DNA of 64,000 nucleotides. Origin: Octopus sinensis. Lineage: Eukaryota. The stretch lies in NCBI RefSeq assembly GCF_006345805.1, contig NC_043003.1, forward strand, positions 86,242,001 through 86,306,000. The letters run 5' to 3'. How positions within the stretch are numbered: the first letter of the stretch is position 1; each line of letters starts with the position of its first letter. A program made the position numbers and the translations under genes. Under the pieces are notes generated by a model that searched no databases, had not been told where the DNA came from, and was given only the letters and a program-made list of their open reading frames with translations. Positions 1 through 12,440 of this stretch are shown here, piece by piece.

Positions 1-165
1 GCGAGCTGCCAGAATCTTTAGCACGACGGACGAAGTACTTAGCGATGTTTAGGTCCGTCCTTAGCTTCTGAGTTCGAATTCAGCGGAAGTCGACTTCCTT
101 TCGGGGTCGTTAAAATAAGTACAAGTTGAGCACTGGCGTTGATGTTAGCGACTTAACTACTCCTG
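1..165 (+). mobile_element. tRNA-derived SINE, family A (octopus OR/OK-type), diverged copy truncated by the window edge
   Basis: GCGAGCTGCCAGAATC..TTCTGAGTTCGAATTCAGCGGAAGTCGACTT..TTCGGGGTCG..AAGTAC..CACTGG aligns with the better copy at 53365-53581. Confidence 0.75.
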
Positions 166-717
166 GATAAGAGTATAAAAGCTGCACCCCTTTACCAAAC
201 CATGTCGTCGAGCCAGTGCGACAAAGTAATCTCATCAAGCCAGCATGATTACTTGGTGGAGAGAACATGATGAGGCCTTCGTCCTGCTGAGCGGGGGTGG
301 GGGCTGAACATAGGTAAACCAATCCATGGCCAAGCGCTGGTATTACATATTTGAACTTTGTACACAGCATTAACTCACGATTCTGCATATCCAAAACATT
401 TACTGGTCCTTTTGATATATGATTAGTTAAAATAGAATTCTCATTAAACATTTTCATTATGTCGTTATTGACTGTCATAAATCCGCAACAGTTTGCTTTA
501 GAATAATATAATTGGTGAAAATGTGTGTATGAACCAAACGAAACTATTAGTTTTTTAGTAGTTTGAGGTCAATGGGTGAAAAAATATAGCGATTTCACAT
601 TGAAATATTATCTAATTCAATTAGGACGTTAAACGTCAACAACGATGCATATTGATCCTCATTTCTGTGGTTTGGAACAAAAGCAACTGTAAAGAATCTT
701 ATGTATCTAAATACAGT

Positions 718-892
718 GTTAGAAAAATCGAAGAATAAAATGTGTGAAGCGAGAAAGAGAGAGGGGTGAGAAAATAAATAAAGAAGAGACAGAAGAAAAA
801 ATATAGAGAGAGGAAAGAGAGAGAGAGGGAGAAGAGAGAAAGGAGAAAAGGAAAAAGAAGAGGGATACAAAGAAAAAGAGATGAGAGAGTTT
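718..892 (+). repeat. Purine-rich (GA/GAA) low-complexity tract
   Basis: Direct reading; explains the F/L/S-rich minus-strand ORFs at 595-941. Confidence 0.85.
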
Positions 893-1731
893 TACCCATC
901 GTGAACGCAAATGATACGAAATTGTATCGATTGGCTCTCATTTAACATCACCTAAATTACTTTCAACAAGAAATCAAAATTGAACTACATTTACGCTCTA
1001 TCACCTCTTGTTACGCATGCATATAATTTAATCAATTTTTCAAAATTGAAAAGAAAATTGCTTGGCAAGAGGAGTTACGTTATTGCTCGTTCCGTTAGAA
1101 TTAGCAGTTGAAACTTCTTGAAATCAAACCCTTGTGATATAAACAAGGAAAGGAAAGAGATTCTGATAATCAAAATGAAAAAGACAAGATAGAATGCCAT
1201 TGATCATAACAAGGACAGTACATGCAAATATACACATTCTATGTTTGCAATAATACATGCACGCACATTTACATATTTAGATTTATATATATATAAACCA
1301 GACTCATAGATATGCCGATATCCGATGGATGTACTTGGTACAGACATAATTGTATCTATTATTATTATTATTATTAATATTATTAGTAATTTTTATTGAC
1401 TTTTATAGGTTATAATTTTATGAACTGAAATGTGGTTTTTTATTATTTTTCATGTATAGGTCTGATTTTAATTTAAATGTGAGTGTGCATATATTTTCCT
1501 GTGTGTTAGTTTTTAGAAATATTAGCTCAATATGTAGAATAACTGTGCTTATTAATATATATTGATATATATTTTGTTTTATTTTGTTTTGTTTATCTTG
1601 TATTATTGTATTAATGAATATATATATATGTGTAGTATTATGGTGTATATGCACACGTTTTTATATTTTACATTTTTATATTTATATGTATATGGAAAAA
1701 ATAATTTTTTCACAATTATAATTTATTAAAT

Positions 1732-1842
1732 TCTCTGAAGAGGCCGTGGGGCATCCTTGTTAATGTCTCATTTATACCTGCCTTATATGGCTTATAGGTT
1801 AAATGAGGCATGCTTGCCCTTATTGCCGAAACAGCTGTCAGA
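1732..1842 (+). ncRNA. Minimal type I hammerhead ribozyme motif (PLE-type) with long helix II
   Basis: TCT-CTGAAGA(1735-1741)-GGC...GCC-GAAA(1828-1831)-CAGCTG-TC-AGA. Helix I TCT/AGA; helix III palindrome ACAGCTGT; GUC site at 1837-1839; helix II extended by ATGTCTCATTTA/TAAATGAGGCAT. Confidence 0.75.
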
Positions 1843-2027
1843 TATGATATAATTACATATTATATTTTATATTTTATATTTCTATTTCCTTGTCTAATTA
1901 TATTTACAATATATTTTGTATAATGCTTTTACTGTTATGTAATGGTGTAATAAAGTATTGTTTGGGTATCATCTGATGGTTGATGTTTGATTGATTTAAG
2001 TATGTTTCTCCATTTTCTAATTTTGTA

Positions 2028-2063
<36 letters not shown>

Positions 2064-2237
2064 GTACAGCGAGTTGGTACACGCGCGAGAGCGAGGGTGA
2101 GAGACGGAGAGAGAGAATGAATGAATTCTTGATCGCACGATGGTTGTATAGACAGCTTAGAAAATTCAGTAAATACTATTTAGAAGACGGGAAAAAATGG
2201 CCAATAATCCACTACTGAGAATTTGACACTGTACCTC

Positions 2238-2285
<48 letters not shown>

Positions 2286-3465
2286 ATATATATATATATA
2301 ATACACACACAAAGTTATCATATTCCAGATGGGTGGAAATATAGGAAACATGATAGTTGAAATTGCACTGAGAATAGTTAAAATATTTTCTATTATTCAA
2401 TTTAAATATTTAATCGGTTTCACAGTTTACCCTGATTTTCAAAAAGTTGAAGAAGAAAGCCGCGGCTTACGTCGCAGCTGTCCTGTTTTTGACTAGAGTT
2501 TGAAGATTGCTCTATTTTTATAGGAAATGTCTGGCTCAAATTATTATATCTGAATATGATTTGACTGGTAGAAGACTGTCACGTGGCTGGTCTTAGAAAG
2601 TTTTGTTGGTTCCTCGCTACGTCCGTGTGTTAATATCTAGTTACAATGTTTGGCATCGTAAATTAAGGCTATATATACTTACTATTATGCAAATGTATCG
2701 TAACTTCAAAACGTTGCTTTTCCAGAAAACGAAAAATACTTTCAGCATTCTATTTTTCAGATTAGCAAAAGTTTCACCTTAACCACAATACTTTTTGGGT
2801 CCATAAAATCGTAACTCCATGCATGCATAATATTTTCAGTCAGAAATATTTTTGCAAAACTCTCGTATGTAGGGCTTACTACACTTTTGAAAAATGCTAA
2901 ACCATTATACTACACTTTGACAATTTTCATCTGAAGCAGCTTGTTAGTTTGATCAAGAGAACTGGCTATTGCAAGCAAAATTAAATATTGAAAAGAAAAA
3001 AAAAACGCATTTGGCCAAACTTGGATATACGACAGTTTAACATAATATCTGCTGTTTAGAATAATACCTACGCAAATTTTATAAACAATACATTCAAAAG
3101 AGATGTCTCAAGGATTCAATCACTTCTACTATCCACAACAAGTTACTTTCAAGGCACTTGACCATTTAACATCCTACTACTATCATGGCACACCCGCATT
3201 CTTCTTCTCCTTCTCCTCCTTCTTCTTCTCCTCCTTCTTCTTTACTATCAAGAATTCACAACGACCTCGAACTAACAAGAGTAAACAAGGGAGACAGAGA
3301 GAGGCAGAAACAAGGAAAAAAACCATCCTTTTAATTTTTCCAAAATTTAATTGTTTTCCATACTTACAGTTGAAAAAGTCTCAATGACTGAAACCGGTAC
3401 TGAAATGATTTTTATAAAATTATTTTAGCATTGTCTACCTTGGCTTTTTTTTTCATTATATATAT

Positions 3466-4185
3466 ATACCTGCGTGAATTATTTTTGAGTATACATTGTC
3501 TGGGAGATTTTTCTTATAGTAGAAGAAATAGCTAAGACTTTTTGGCTGCTATTTCTAAAAGTTCGGTGTGTGGTAAAGTAAATTATTTTACTGAACCCTA
3601 ACTATATAACGTAATGTTTTAAATATACCGTAAATGGTCTTCTTACATACTGAACACTACTTGGTAAAATTAATTAATAATTAATTGATTTTATCCTTTT
3701 ATTATTGATAATATAATTCTCTCTCCCTGATATTTAACTACAGTTCTCTCTGTAGGAATTTGTTTACTCTATAACTCACGTGGGTGGAAGCGGAAGGAAT
3801 GCAAGGCCTCATTTGTACTTTTTGAATTCGTTGGTATTGGCGGTCGAAGATGGTTTGTCTAGGATTACTCATATCAGACGGGTATGTTCGATTTTTAGTG
3901 CTCTCAAAACCAAATCTAAGAAATCTTTGAGCTGACGAAGGAAATGTTGATCTTTAAATTCAACTAATCTAGAAACGTACGTTCTCAAGTAATCTTATGT
4001 ACATGTGATCTTTTGTTATTTTCCCCTCCATACCTGCGTGAATGTTTTTGAGTATACATTGTCTGGGAGATTTTTCTTATAGTAGAAGAAATAGCTAAGA
4101 TTTTTTGGCTGCTATTTCTAAAAGTTCGGTGTGTGGTAAAGTAAATTATTTTTCCTGAACCCTAATTATATAACGTAATGTTTTA
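3466..4185 (+). repeat. 1.3-mer direct repeat (156-bp copies at 3466-3621 and 4030-4185, period 564 bp) enclosing a hammerhead motif
   Basis: ATACCTGCGTGAAT...TAACGTAATGTTTTA occurs twice with few differences. Confidence 0.9.
3927..3988 (+). ncRNA. Minimal type I hammerhead motif with imperfect helix II base
   Basis: TTGAG-CTGACGA(3932-3938)-AGG..GTTGA..TCAAC..TCT-A-GAAA(3972-3975)-CGTACG-TT-CTCAA. 5-bp helix I, palindromic helix III ACGTACGT, GUU site; extra A3971 before GAAA. Confidence 0.6.
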
Positions 4186-4209
4186 TATAAATATATATTT
4201 ATATATATA

Positions 4210-4268
<59 letters not shown>

Positions 4269-4290
4269 GAGAGAGAGAGAGAGAGATAAA
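4186..4290. repeat. (TA)n(GA)n microsatellite; representative of dozens of (TA)n, (TG)n, (TATG)n, (TATC)n and (AAT)n tracts across the window
   Basis: Direct reading. Confidence 0.95.
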
Positions 4291-5184
4291 CCTACATTAA
4301 CACTTTAATATAAATGAATTTTTTAGGAAAGCATGTTTGTTTATATTTTTTTAAAAATAAGTAGCAATAACCATGAAGATAATATACTAAGAACTTGTCC
4401 CTGCAAAACGGATAAATGATATCCATCTAATATCATGATTGATCGTATAACGCAGAATTATCAAATCAACAACAAGTTAGAATTTACAAATATAGAAAAC
4501 AAGCAATATGTTCAGTCGTTTTGTTTCATAGTCACATGATTATTAAGAAAATGAAAGACAAACATGACGCATTCCCTGAGAATATCTCAACTTGCTAAAT
4601 TTAACAAATTGCCAATTATTCTTTTAATAGGAATATTTACACACGCCATATTATTAAACGCTTTGGTTTTCGTGAATTAAATTTTCACCTTTATTAATTC
4701 CTTATAGTTCATCTAATATATTGTTAGTGTTTAGGCTCTTAAATAAGAAATTTGAATATACACGAACTCCTGTTGCTTATTATCTTTATAACAAACAACA
4801 AGCGTTCTTATATAACAACGTTCTTATAAAAAAGAAAATTAAAGGAAAATTGTTCTCTCAGTTTTTATTTTATTTTATCATATAACCAGTTATTTTGCTA
4901 CATAAATAATTCCAATATTGCAAACATTAATTTAGTTAAGCATTCATCTCTGTTTTAATATGAACCTATTAAAACCGCATTATATTCTAATGAAAATAGT
5001 AGCTCTGTAATAATTAAACTTAGAGTGCATTTAAATATATTCTGCACCGTAGACCTCTGGAACGTTGAATTTTAATATACCTTTGGTCTACTGAAACACA
5101 AATGTAAGATAGATATATGAACAAATAAGCACAAAACATTTTAACACGATGGTAGGGGTTCGCTCCCCTACTGGCAATATATTT

Positions 5185-5819
5185 AGAGTGCAGCGCTACA
5201 CTTGTAAGAAGCTGGCGGAAGATCTGCCTGGGGTTAAACTAGTAATAACATTAACCAGCCATATTGATGTAGCGATTAACTTTGCTTGTAAAGTTAATCG
5301 CTACTGAGATTTTACAACTAGCTGCTTTGCCTATTGCAAATCAGTGACCGATGGTCACTTTGTTTACTATATATTTCTTGCTGGAGTGGACTCTGGCCAT
5401 CTCTGGCGACCAGGTATTCGCGATTGAGGATGAGCAAACTAGATCGAAACCGAATCGCTTTCGCCACCCTGTCATCAGCTGGAAGATGGTAGGTGGTTCG
5501 CCGGCCGAAATACTCAGCGCTATTTCGTCTGCCGTTACATTCTGAGTTCAAATTCCGCCGAGGTCGACTTTACTTTTCATCCTTTCGGGGTCGATTAAAT
5601 AAGTAGCAGTTACGCACTGGGGTCTATGTAATCGACTTAATCCCTTTGTCTATCCTTGTTTGTCCTCTCTATGTTTAGCCCTCTGAGGGCAATAAAGAAA
5701 TAAATATATATGTGCAGAGTGCAGTGCTGCAATATAACCAGCTGGCAAAAGATCTGCCTGGGGTTAAACTAGTAGTAACATTAAACAGCCATATTGATAT
5801 GGCGACTAACTTTACTTGT
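5185..5819 (+). repeat. Diverged direct repeat (about 105-bp copies at 5185-5289 and 5716-5819) with a SINE and a decayed hammerhead-like motif between them
   Basis: AGAGTGCAG..AGCTGGC..AAGATCTGCCTGGGGTTAAACTAGTA..CAGCCATATTGAT..TAACTTT.CTTGT occurs twice. Confidence 0.8.
5499..5702 (+). mobile_element. SINE family A, 5'-truncated
   Basis: CGCCGGCCGAAATACTCAGCGC..TTCTGAGTTCAAATTCCGCCGAGGTCGACTTT..TTGTTTGTCC..GGGCAATAAAGAAATA. Confidence 0.85.
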
Positions 5820-7964
5820 TAGTATAATTACTACTCTCATTTCCTATTGAGATATTACAACTATCTCTTATTGAGATTTTAACATGTATGTATTGAAAGA
5901 TTCTTTCATTTGAAAGTCATTTAACGGAGATATCAGGTCTAACCTTAAATAACTGTAAATAAAAGTTTTAAGATATAATAGAAATTATTAGGATTGGGAA
6001 ATGGAACAGATAATGTGAACTGAATATAATGATTTCCTCTTTGGTCAATAAAATTAATATCAGATAGACGTACATCTACTGTTTTAGATTATTCACTCAA
6101 GACTACAAGAACAATGTTTATTTGTTGAAGAGAATCTGTTATTCTAAAAAGTGAATGGAAAATATATTGGATGTTTTTTTTCTTATTTAGTAACGTTCCG
6201 TCAATTACTGAAGTCAAACATTGCAGAGTTAAGTTGAGGAAGTATATTATGCTCCAGAAGTTGTGGCTTTCTGTCCAGCATAGGTATGGATATTTCGACA
6301 AGTGAGGTGGATTTTATGGCTCTGTAAATATTACAAAAACACCTGTTAACCGGCACAAATATGCAAATATATTACGTATATAGCAGCGTAGAAAAAAAGT
6401 CTCATGTGACAATCATTTGGAACAGAATTCTGTAGGATTTAATTGAAAGTAACTGTAGAATATATGGTATTTTATGCAATGCAACCAGTTAGGATTTTGC
6501 TTGCATTTCCTAGTGCAGCTGAATAAATACCCTTGCTATACTTCTTATACCCAATGATCTCACATTGTAATAATTGGTCTCTCATAAAATGAGCATAGCT
6601 TTCAGAAAAGTACACCATGTCGAAGTCTTTCTTTGTGCTTTTATTCATAATTGACAACAGCACAAAAAATGTTTGTGATTTATAGAATATTTTCTTTGAA
6701 CGGCAATTAAAATAGAACGTCGCCTTACACACATTATAACATAAAGCAGCGAGGAAAAAGTCTACTGAGCTTAATAGCTGGTAGCATACTTTGCTACATA
6801 GTTAGAGTTACTCTGAAATGAAGGATAGGTAAGTGTTTCTAGCGAGACTTGTTTTGATATAGTTGTTAATTACATGCATTTATGATGAATCAATGTAATC
6901 TATAACATTTATATCTATGTTATAGAACATATACAACAAATATTTATTGTAGAAAGCTTTTGTAAATCGTTGTTATTTAAAAAATCCTGTGTCTCATCCG
7001 ACATTTTCTTGTATACTATACTATAGAACTAATTATAATGCTAAATTCTTCAGATAACACGAGAGACAGTTTCACTATTTCCAAATATAAACATATTAAG
7101 ATTTTGAAATAATTTGTCACTCTCAACAATTTCTCAGTGTCCTCAAACTGACAAGAACATATTTGATTCGTTTATGTCCAGTCGTATATATCAACAACGT
7201 TAGCAGATTTCATGATATTTGAAATGTTTAATCCCTTGAGTTCAAAGTTTATTAATGTGATAATTCAGAGAATTATAATTTAGATTTAATGCGAATGTCG
7301 GAGTTCTGGAAGAGATACAAGTATTACACCCAATAAATCCTGTATTGCCGTAACTGAGTTTACGTATTTAGATGAACGCAGTAAAATAAAACAAAATAAA
7401 ACTTAATCGCGTCTTCCATTTGTATAAATTCTGCTTTTGACAAGATTCTACGTCTTCCTGTCACCCATGTAATCGATTTTAAGTCATTCTTCCACACGTT
7501 GTATTCAGTAGAGAATTCTCAGATAATTTTTATATGCCCGTGCCAATATGAATTTGGGCCCTTACAGTAAAAATTATTTCTACAAAATGGTTGATTCGAC
7601 ATCTTCCTGATTATAAATGTTTACTTTAATGGAAGAAATCACTCATTATTAATAACAAGAAACACACCACCTGATGTTGCAGTACTGTTGGAATCAAAAA
7701 TCTAACTGTTTCTTTCTTTCTCTCTCTTTCTTTCTCCCCCCCCCCTCTCTCTCTCTACTTCTTCCGATTTTTCACCCCCACTATATATCTTGATTCAGGG
7801 TAGCATATTAAAAAATCAGTGTAGAAACACCTATTGTCACTTCTTATAAATATTGCCGCTTATTAGAAATTGACAACAGGTGTTTGTGTCCTAGTCTTTT
7901 TATATATATTAATCTTAGTTTTATATATATTAATCATAGTGATTTCAAATTTTAACACAGAGCT

Positions 7965-8095
7965 AGCAGTTTTTGAGAGGAAGGGGAATTCGACTACATC
8001 GACACCAGCACTTAAGTGGTACTTATTTATCGATCCAGAAAGGACGAAAAGCAAAGTCGACTCAGCGGAATTTGAACTCACAACGTAAAGGCAGA
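7965..8095 (-). mobile_element. SINE family A fragment
   Basis: Reverse complement of the GAGTTCAAATTCCGC.GAGTCGACTTTGC..TCGATAAATAAGTACCA core. Confidence 0.75.
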
Positions 8096-8269
8096 TAACA
8101 TGATTGATAGACTACCCAGTGTATTCGTAAGATGACAAACAAAAGATCTATGTCATTTTCATAGCTTATGACTTTGTTTTTGTTTACAACATATTTTTAT
8201 AGGAAGAAGAGAAAGAACAAATCTTTAAACGTATAAAAGATAAACTTAACAAGAAAAAAATTCATAACT

Positions 8270-9525
8270 ACCATGCCAAGGAAACAAAGAAGAATAAAAA
8301 CCCAGGGGTTAAGCAGTAGAAGATGGTTGGGATAGAGTATCGAGTTGTACTCTTCAGAACAAATGCCATGTTTAGCTGCGGTTAGAGGACATGGCTGCAA
8401 AGGCGTTGCCGCAGTGAATGTCCAGCAAATCTCGCTGCAGCAGCCACCCAACTTTGTGGAGCTCATTTCTCGGATTGGCTATAGTTATTCCGAATTTGCG
8501 GAATCGGCAATGCGGGGTCTAAGAACATCTAAGGTCTCGACGGCAACCGACACAAACTGGTAGCAGCTGGTCAGGCTCCGGTATTTTAAAGATTTTTCTC
8601 TCCTCTGCGTTTCGAGCAGCAATACTCGGGTTTGCGGCCAAAGCAGCAAGGCTAGAACCTGAGAATCCCAGATATGCCTTCCTCACAAGAGAAGAAAAAT
8701 TTTCCATTGAGGCGCTTACCATCACAACGATCAAGACCTACTGGTTGTGACGGGTACACTACCACATCGAGTCTCCTAATTGTCATTCAGAGTGGCTAGT
8801 TTGCAAGATAATGGATTCAGGGTACATTCATTGACTACCACTCCTTACCAGCATTTGTCTCGGTGACTGAGACATTGGGGTTCTCCGATAACAACGCGCC
8901 GCCGTTTTGCTGCGAAGTAGTCTTGGTTTAAGGATGTCTCAATCCTTCTAAAGGCAGACTTGCATCTAATGTCGTCCCAGCTGTGTTCGACATCTGAATT
9001 CTGGGAGATGGCAAGGCCTTTAACGGTTCAATTGGTTAGAGATGACTCCAGTTCATTGGCTGCATCGGATTCAGTCATCCCAAGGAGTACCTCACCGATG
9101 TGAGTGGCCGTAGAACCAGGTTCAATGCGAAAAGAAGGCGAGGGCCACCGAATTTAACAGGTAGTTTGGCCTGTTTCAAGCTGGCGCGTTCAAAACTGAC
9201 ATTGCACATCAATTCAGCACAGGGCCGTCGATATCCTGAAGTGATCTGTGAGAGGATGACATGACGCACTGTATAGCAAGGAGAGAAGGATAGGCAGAGC
9301 AAAAGAATTCCACAGGATGAATAATGCTGAGTGAGCGTCAATAAGACACTAGCTCCGTCTCCAAGCTTTCTATTATGGCTTTCGGGAGGATTGGGAAGTC
9401 AAGAATGTAGACGGCGTCCTTTGGTATCGGCCGAGACACCCCGCCCCATGAAAACGAGCTAGAATTCAGCCTCACCAGAAATTCCTGCATCCGCATCTGA
9501 AGAAAGGACAACTTCCTCCGAGTTT
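8270..9525 (-). mobile_element. CRE-clade non-LTR retrotransposon, 3' fragment (RT thumb to RLE endonuclease), frameshifted
   Basis: Minus-strand translations: LKQAKLPVKFGGPRL (QAxLPVRxGGLG-like), SIAARNAEERKIFK, FVSVAVETL, WLLQR..IHCGNAFAAM (QRIS..IQRGNA-like C-terminus typical of CRE). Confidence 0.7.
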
Positions 9526-9579
9526 GTTTATTGATCTACATTATGTTTGGTTCTCTTCTTTTGTTTATTTGTTGTTGCT

Positions 9580-9900
9580 TTAGTCTGTGCTTTCAAACAT
9601 GTTCTTGGCATCCAGTTCCAAATCTTCATATTTATCCCGATATGATATCAGAAGTTTTTTTCTAAAGACTTAATGAGATCTACTTCGTTATTCAGATCAA
9701 CTTCAACTCTTTGAAAAGCTTTGTTGGTATTGTTAAAACGTACAATGAAAATTCAGCATCTTAACTATTAGAACAGTTTCATGACCATCCATTCTCTCTC
9801 AATGTCTTGAGAGTGTCACTAACTTTTCAAAAGTGATATCTGTTACTGATTCTTCATTAACTTCTGAGTTTTCTCTTTCCGAACCACAGAAAAATTCTGC
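9580..9900 (-). mobile_element. Probable hAT transposase remnant
   Basis: Minus-strand peptides RFNNTNKAFQRVEVDLNNEVDLIKSL and, after a frameshift, RDKYEDLELDAKNM resemble the central helical region of ZMYM/ZBED-type hAT transposases (recalled similarity only). Confidence 0.4.
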
Positions 9901-10599
9901 AAGGCGTTGTGTCGTTGCCAATACAGTAATTTATTTATCACTTTTCTTTGGAAAATTTCCTGGAGACAGTTGAGTATTCGGTGGTATATTGGATAATTTC
10001 TTTGAGTAAAAGAAAAGTAAAAATAATTCCCAAAATAAAAATAAACAGGAACTGATAACAGCCATATAATCTCACTTCATTTAATCCAGCCACAGGAATA
10101 CTAAGCCAAGTATTTTATATATATATATATCTTTGTTACACTTACGTCCGGCGCTGATAAGTAGGCCTGCAGCCACAGTAAATCAAATGTTAGTAGAAAA
10201 GAGTTCAGGTGATTAACAGCAGATCGATTATTACAGATTAAGAATTTCGTTCCCATTAAAATGCTTATTTTTAAAACGTATGTTCCCTGGAAAAGAAAAA
10301 GCATTATAACCGCTTCTCAAAAATGATAGGTCTCAAAAGGAATTGTGTATTTCATAGTCATGTTAAAATATTTGGCCTTAGTTTTGTTAATAAAAATAGT
10401 GTCTGCAGATATGATGGATCAAATCCTTTTGTGATAAACTGAGTATTGTGAGTTATTTTGGATTGCAATTAGTGACGTCTATTCTACGGAATACCTAAAA
10501 TACACAAAAATCTACATATTTCTAAAGCTTGCAAATATTCTCCAAGCCTATGCATTAATGTTCCTCCCTCTTAGTGGGAAACTGGAAAAGATTCTTGGA

Positions 10600-11160
10600 T
10601 GGCAGTTTTATATTCTGAAATAAAATGAGGACCTTACAAAATTTCTCGAACTAATAAACTGCATTCATGGATCAATCCAATTCACTATGGAAATGAGTGA
10701 AAAAGAACTCAGTTTCCTAGATTTTTAACAATCAAAGAAAATGAAATTATTACAACTGTTCTCTATCATAAAAACACGGACGCATACCAATAGACCTTGG
10801 ATCTTGCCATCCTTCCCATTCTAAAAGAAACATACCTTTTGATATGACAAGACAATATGCACTATAGTTTCGGGTACAAATAGACGACTTGCAGGACTTA
10901 TTCCTTTAAAAAAAAATCCTTCCAAACTAATAAACCAATCTATAACTAAAACTAAGGATGTTCCGTTATCTACCTTACGAAAAAGCAGTAACACTGAGGA
11001 TAAACAAGAAAAAACATAAAAAATATTCCATTTATTGTCACCCACAATTCCAGGAACCACAACATTCTCCAATCAGCCAAACGCGTTTTATCAATCCTAC
11101 AGCAGTCCCCAAGTAAAGTATAATTTCTCCAAAAATGAAACAAAGAAAACATTTAATTAC
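10600..11160 (+). mobile_element. Penelope-like element RT C-terminal/thumb fragment, disrupted
   Basis: EDLTKFLELINCIHGSIQFTMEMSEKELSFLDF, IITTVLYHKNTDAYQ and SCHPSHSKRNIPF match the PLE RT motifs 'IQFTME..LxFLD', 'YxKxT' and 'SxHP'. Confidence 0.8.
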
Positions 11161-11229
11161 TTAAATAGGCTTCAAGTTATAGGCGCCAATAATTGACATT
11201 TATAAACTAGGGAAGGTACGGATGGTGAT

Positions 11230-12440
11230 GATGATGAGAGAGTCGAAGGACGTGGAAATCATGCGTATTCCACCAGATGTGAAAACAGCCAGGAAGTAGC
11301 AAACAGAAGCAGACTGATGACATTCTGTCTTCTCTTAAACACCGAGATATGGTGAGTGGAACGCAAATTCATCTGAAGGAACATGGTTTTGGCGCAGATC
11401 GGTTCAGACCATTTGTAAGTATAATGTGGAGCGAATGCAGATCTGTTGTTAGCAACAGCGTCAAAACAAGGGAAGCAGAGAGAATAGAGCTTCATTTGAT
11501 CCAATGCATTCAATAAGGACATATGATGAGATGGGAGAAAGATGTTGCTGAAAGAAAAATAAGTTGGAATGAGACATAGAGATGGACCACATCTCAGCTA
11601 AGTTTTCTGATTCGTTTATCCTATGATGTCTTGCCATCAACTGCAAATCTTGTAAGATATAACGTCTCAGAGAATGATACATGCAAATACGGAAAGGTCG
11701 GAACACTGAAACATATTCTTTCCAACTGTTCACTAGCATTGAATAGTTATACATGGACACACAAATTGTCGTTAAAGTAATCTTTATTGCTATAAAGAAC
11801 CAAATTGATCTCAACAACAGTGAAAAAAACCCATTGAAATACCGACTAGAGATTTCATTACCTTCGTGCGCTCAAGACAGCAGATATGTTCCAAGAAGAA
11901 GAAACTTCCGGCGAGCGATGAAAAGTGGAACGGCTATTGGGAGGTAGCTGCAGATTTCCAGGGAATTTTTCCCATCCCAGTTACGAAAAACCGGACATTT
12001 TAATGTGGCGTGAAAGAAAAATTGACCGTTATGTAAACGTCCCCGAAGAATGTGAATTCGGATGTTAGAGGATTTGTTGGACACAGGGTGAGGCGGCCGT
12101 TCTTACCATTTAAGCCTAACTTATCGTAAAGTAGATACCACCATGACCGATATCCAAACTACTGTGGAAAAGGCTAGCGACTGGATTTGGTTAAAAAGAG
12201 ACGACGAGCGATGGCTAGAAGAATATTGAGCTTATTTCATAATCAGTTGTTCTAGGAAGCAGGATCTCATATCAGTGTGGAGGTTAGAGTTATTGATGCC
12301 GTCGAGAGAAAGGCCCCTAAATGGTGCGCATTCTCTCCTGATGACCCATAAACTTGCTGGCATCCGGAATGCGGAGCTTTCGACTGGTAGCACTTGCATG
12401 TGCAACTTGTTTACAAAACATCTAGTGAAACATTTAATTT
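11230..12440 (+). mobile_element. HERO-like (RLE-type) non-LTR retrotransposon, 3' fragment with 3' UTR
   Basis: ERKISWNE..SFLIRLSYDVLPSTANLVR..CKYGKVGTLKHILSNC (CCHC knuckle)..YTW; GFVGHRV..; VEKASDWIWLKRDDERW* C-terminus. Confidence 0.75.

Noticed and set aside
110-478. 122-aa minus-strand ORF, the longest near the window start
   Set aside because: Runs into a SINE, has no recognisable domain and no convincing splice-donor partner; other frames are interrupted by stops.
5470-5490. Minus-strand CTGATGA followed shortly by GAAA
   Set aside because: No helix II or helix I complementarity; chance match.
6472-6732. 86-aa minus-strand ORF (DFDMVYFSESYAHFMRDQLLQCEIIGY..)
   Set aside because: No family recognised and no supporting exon chain; cannot be distinguished from a random ORF.
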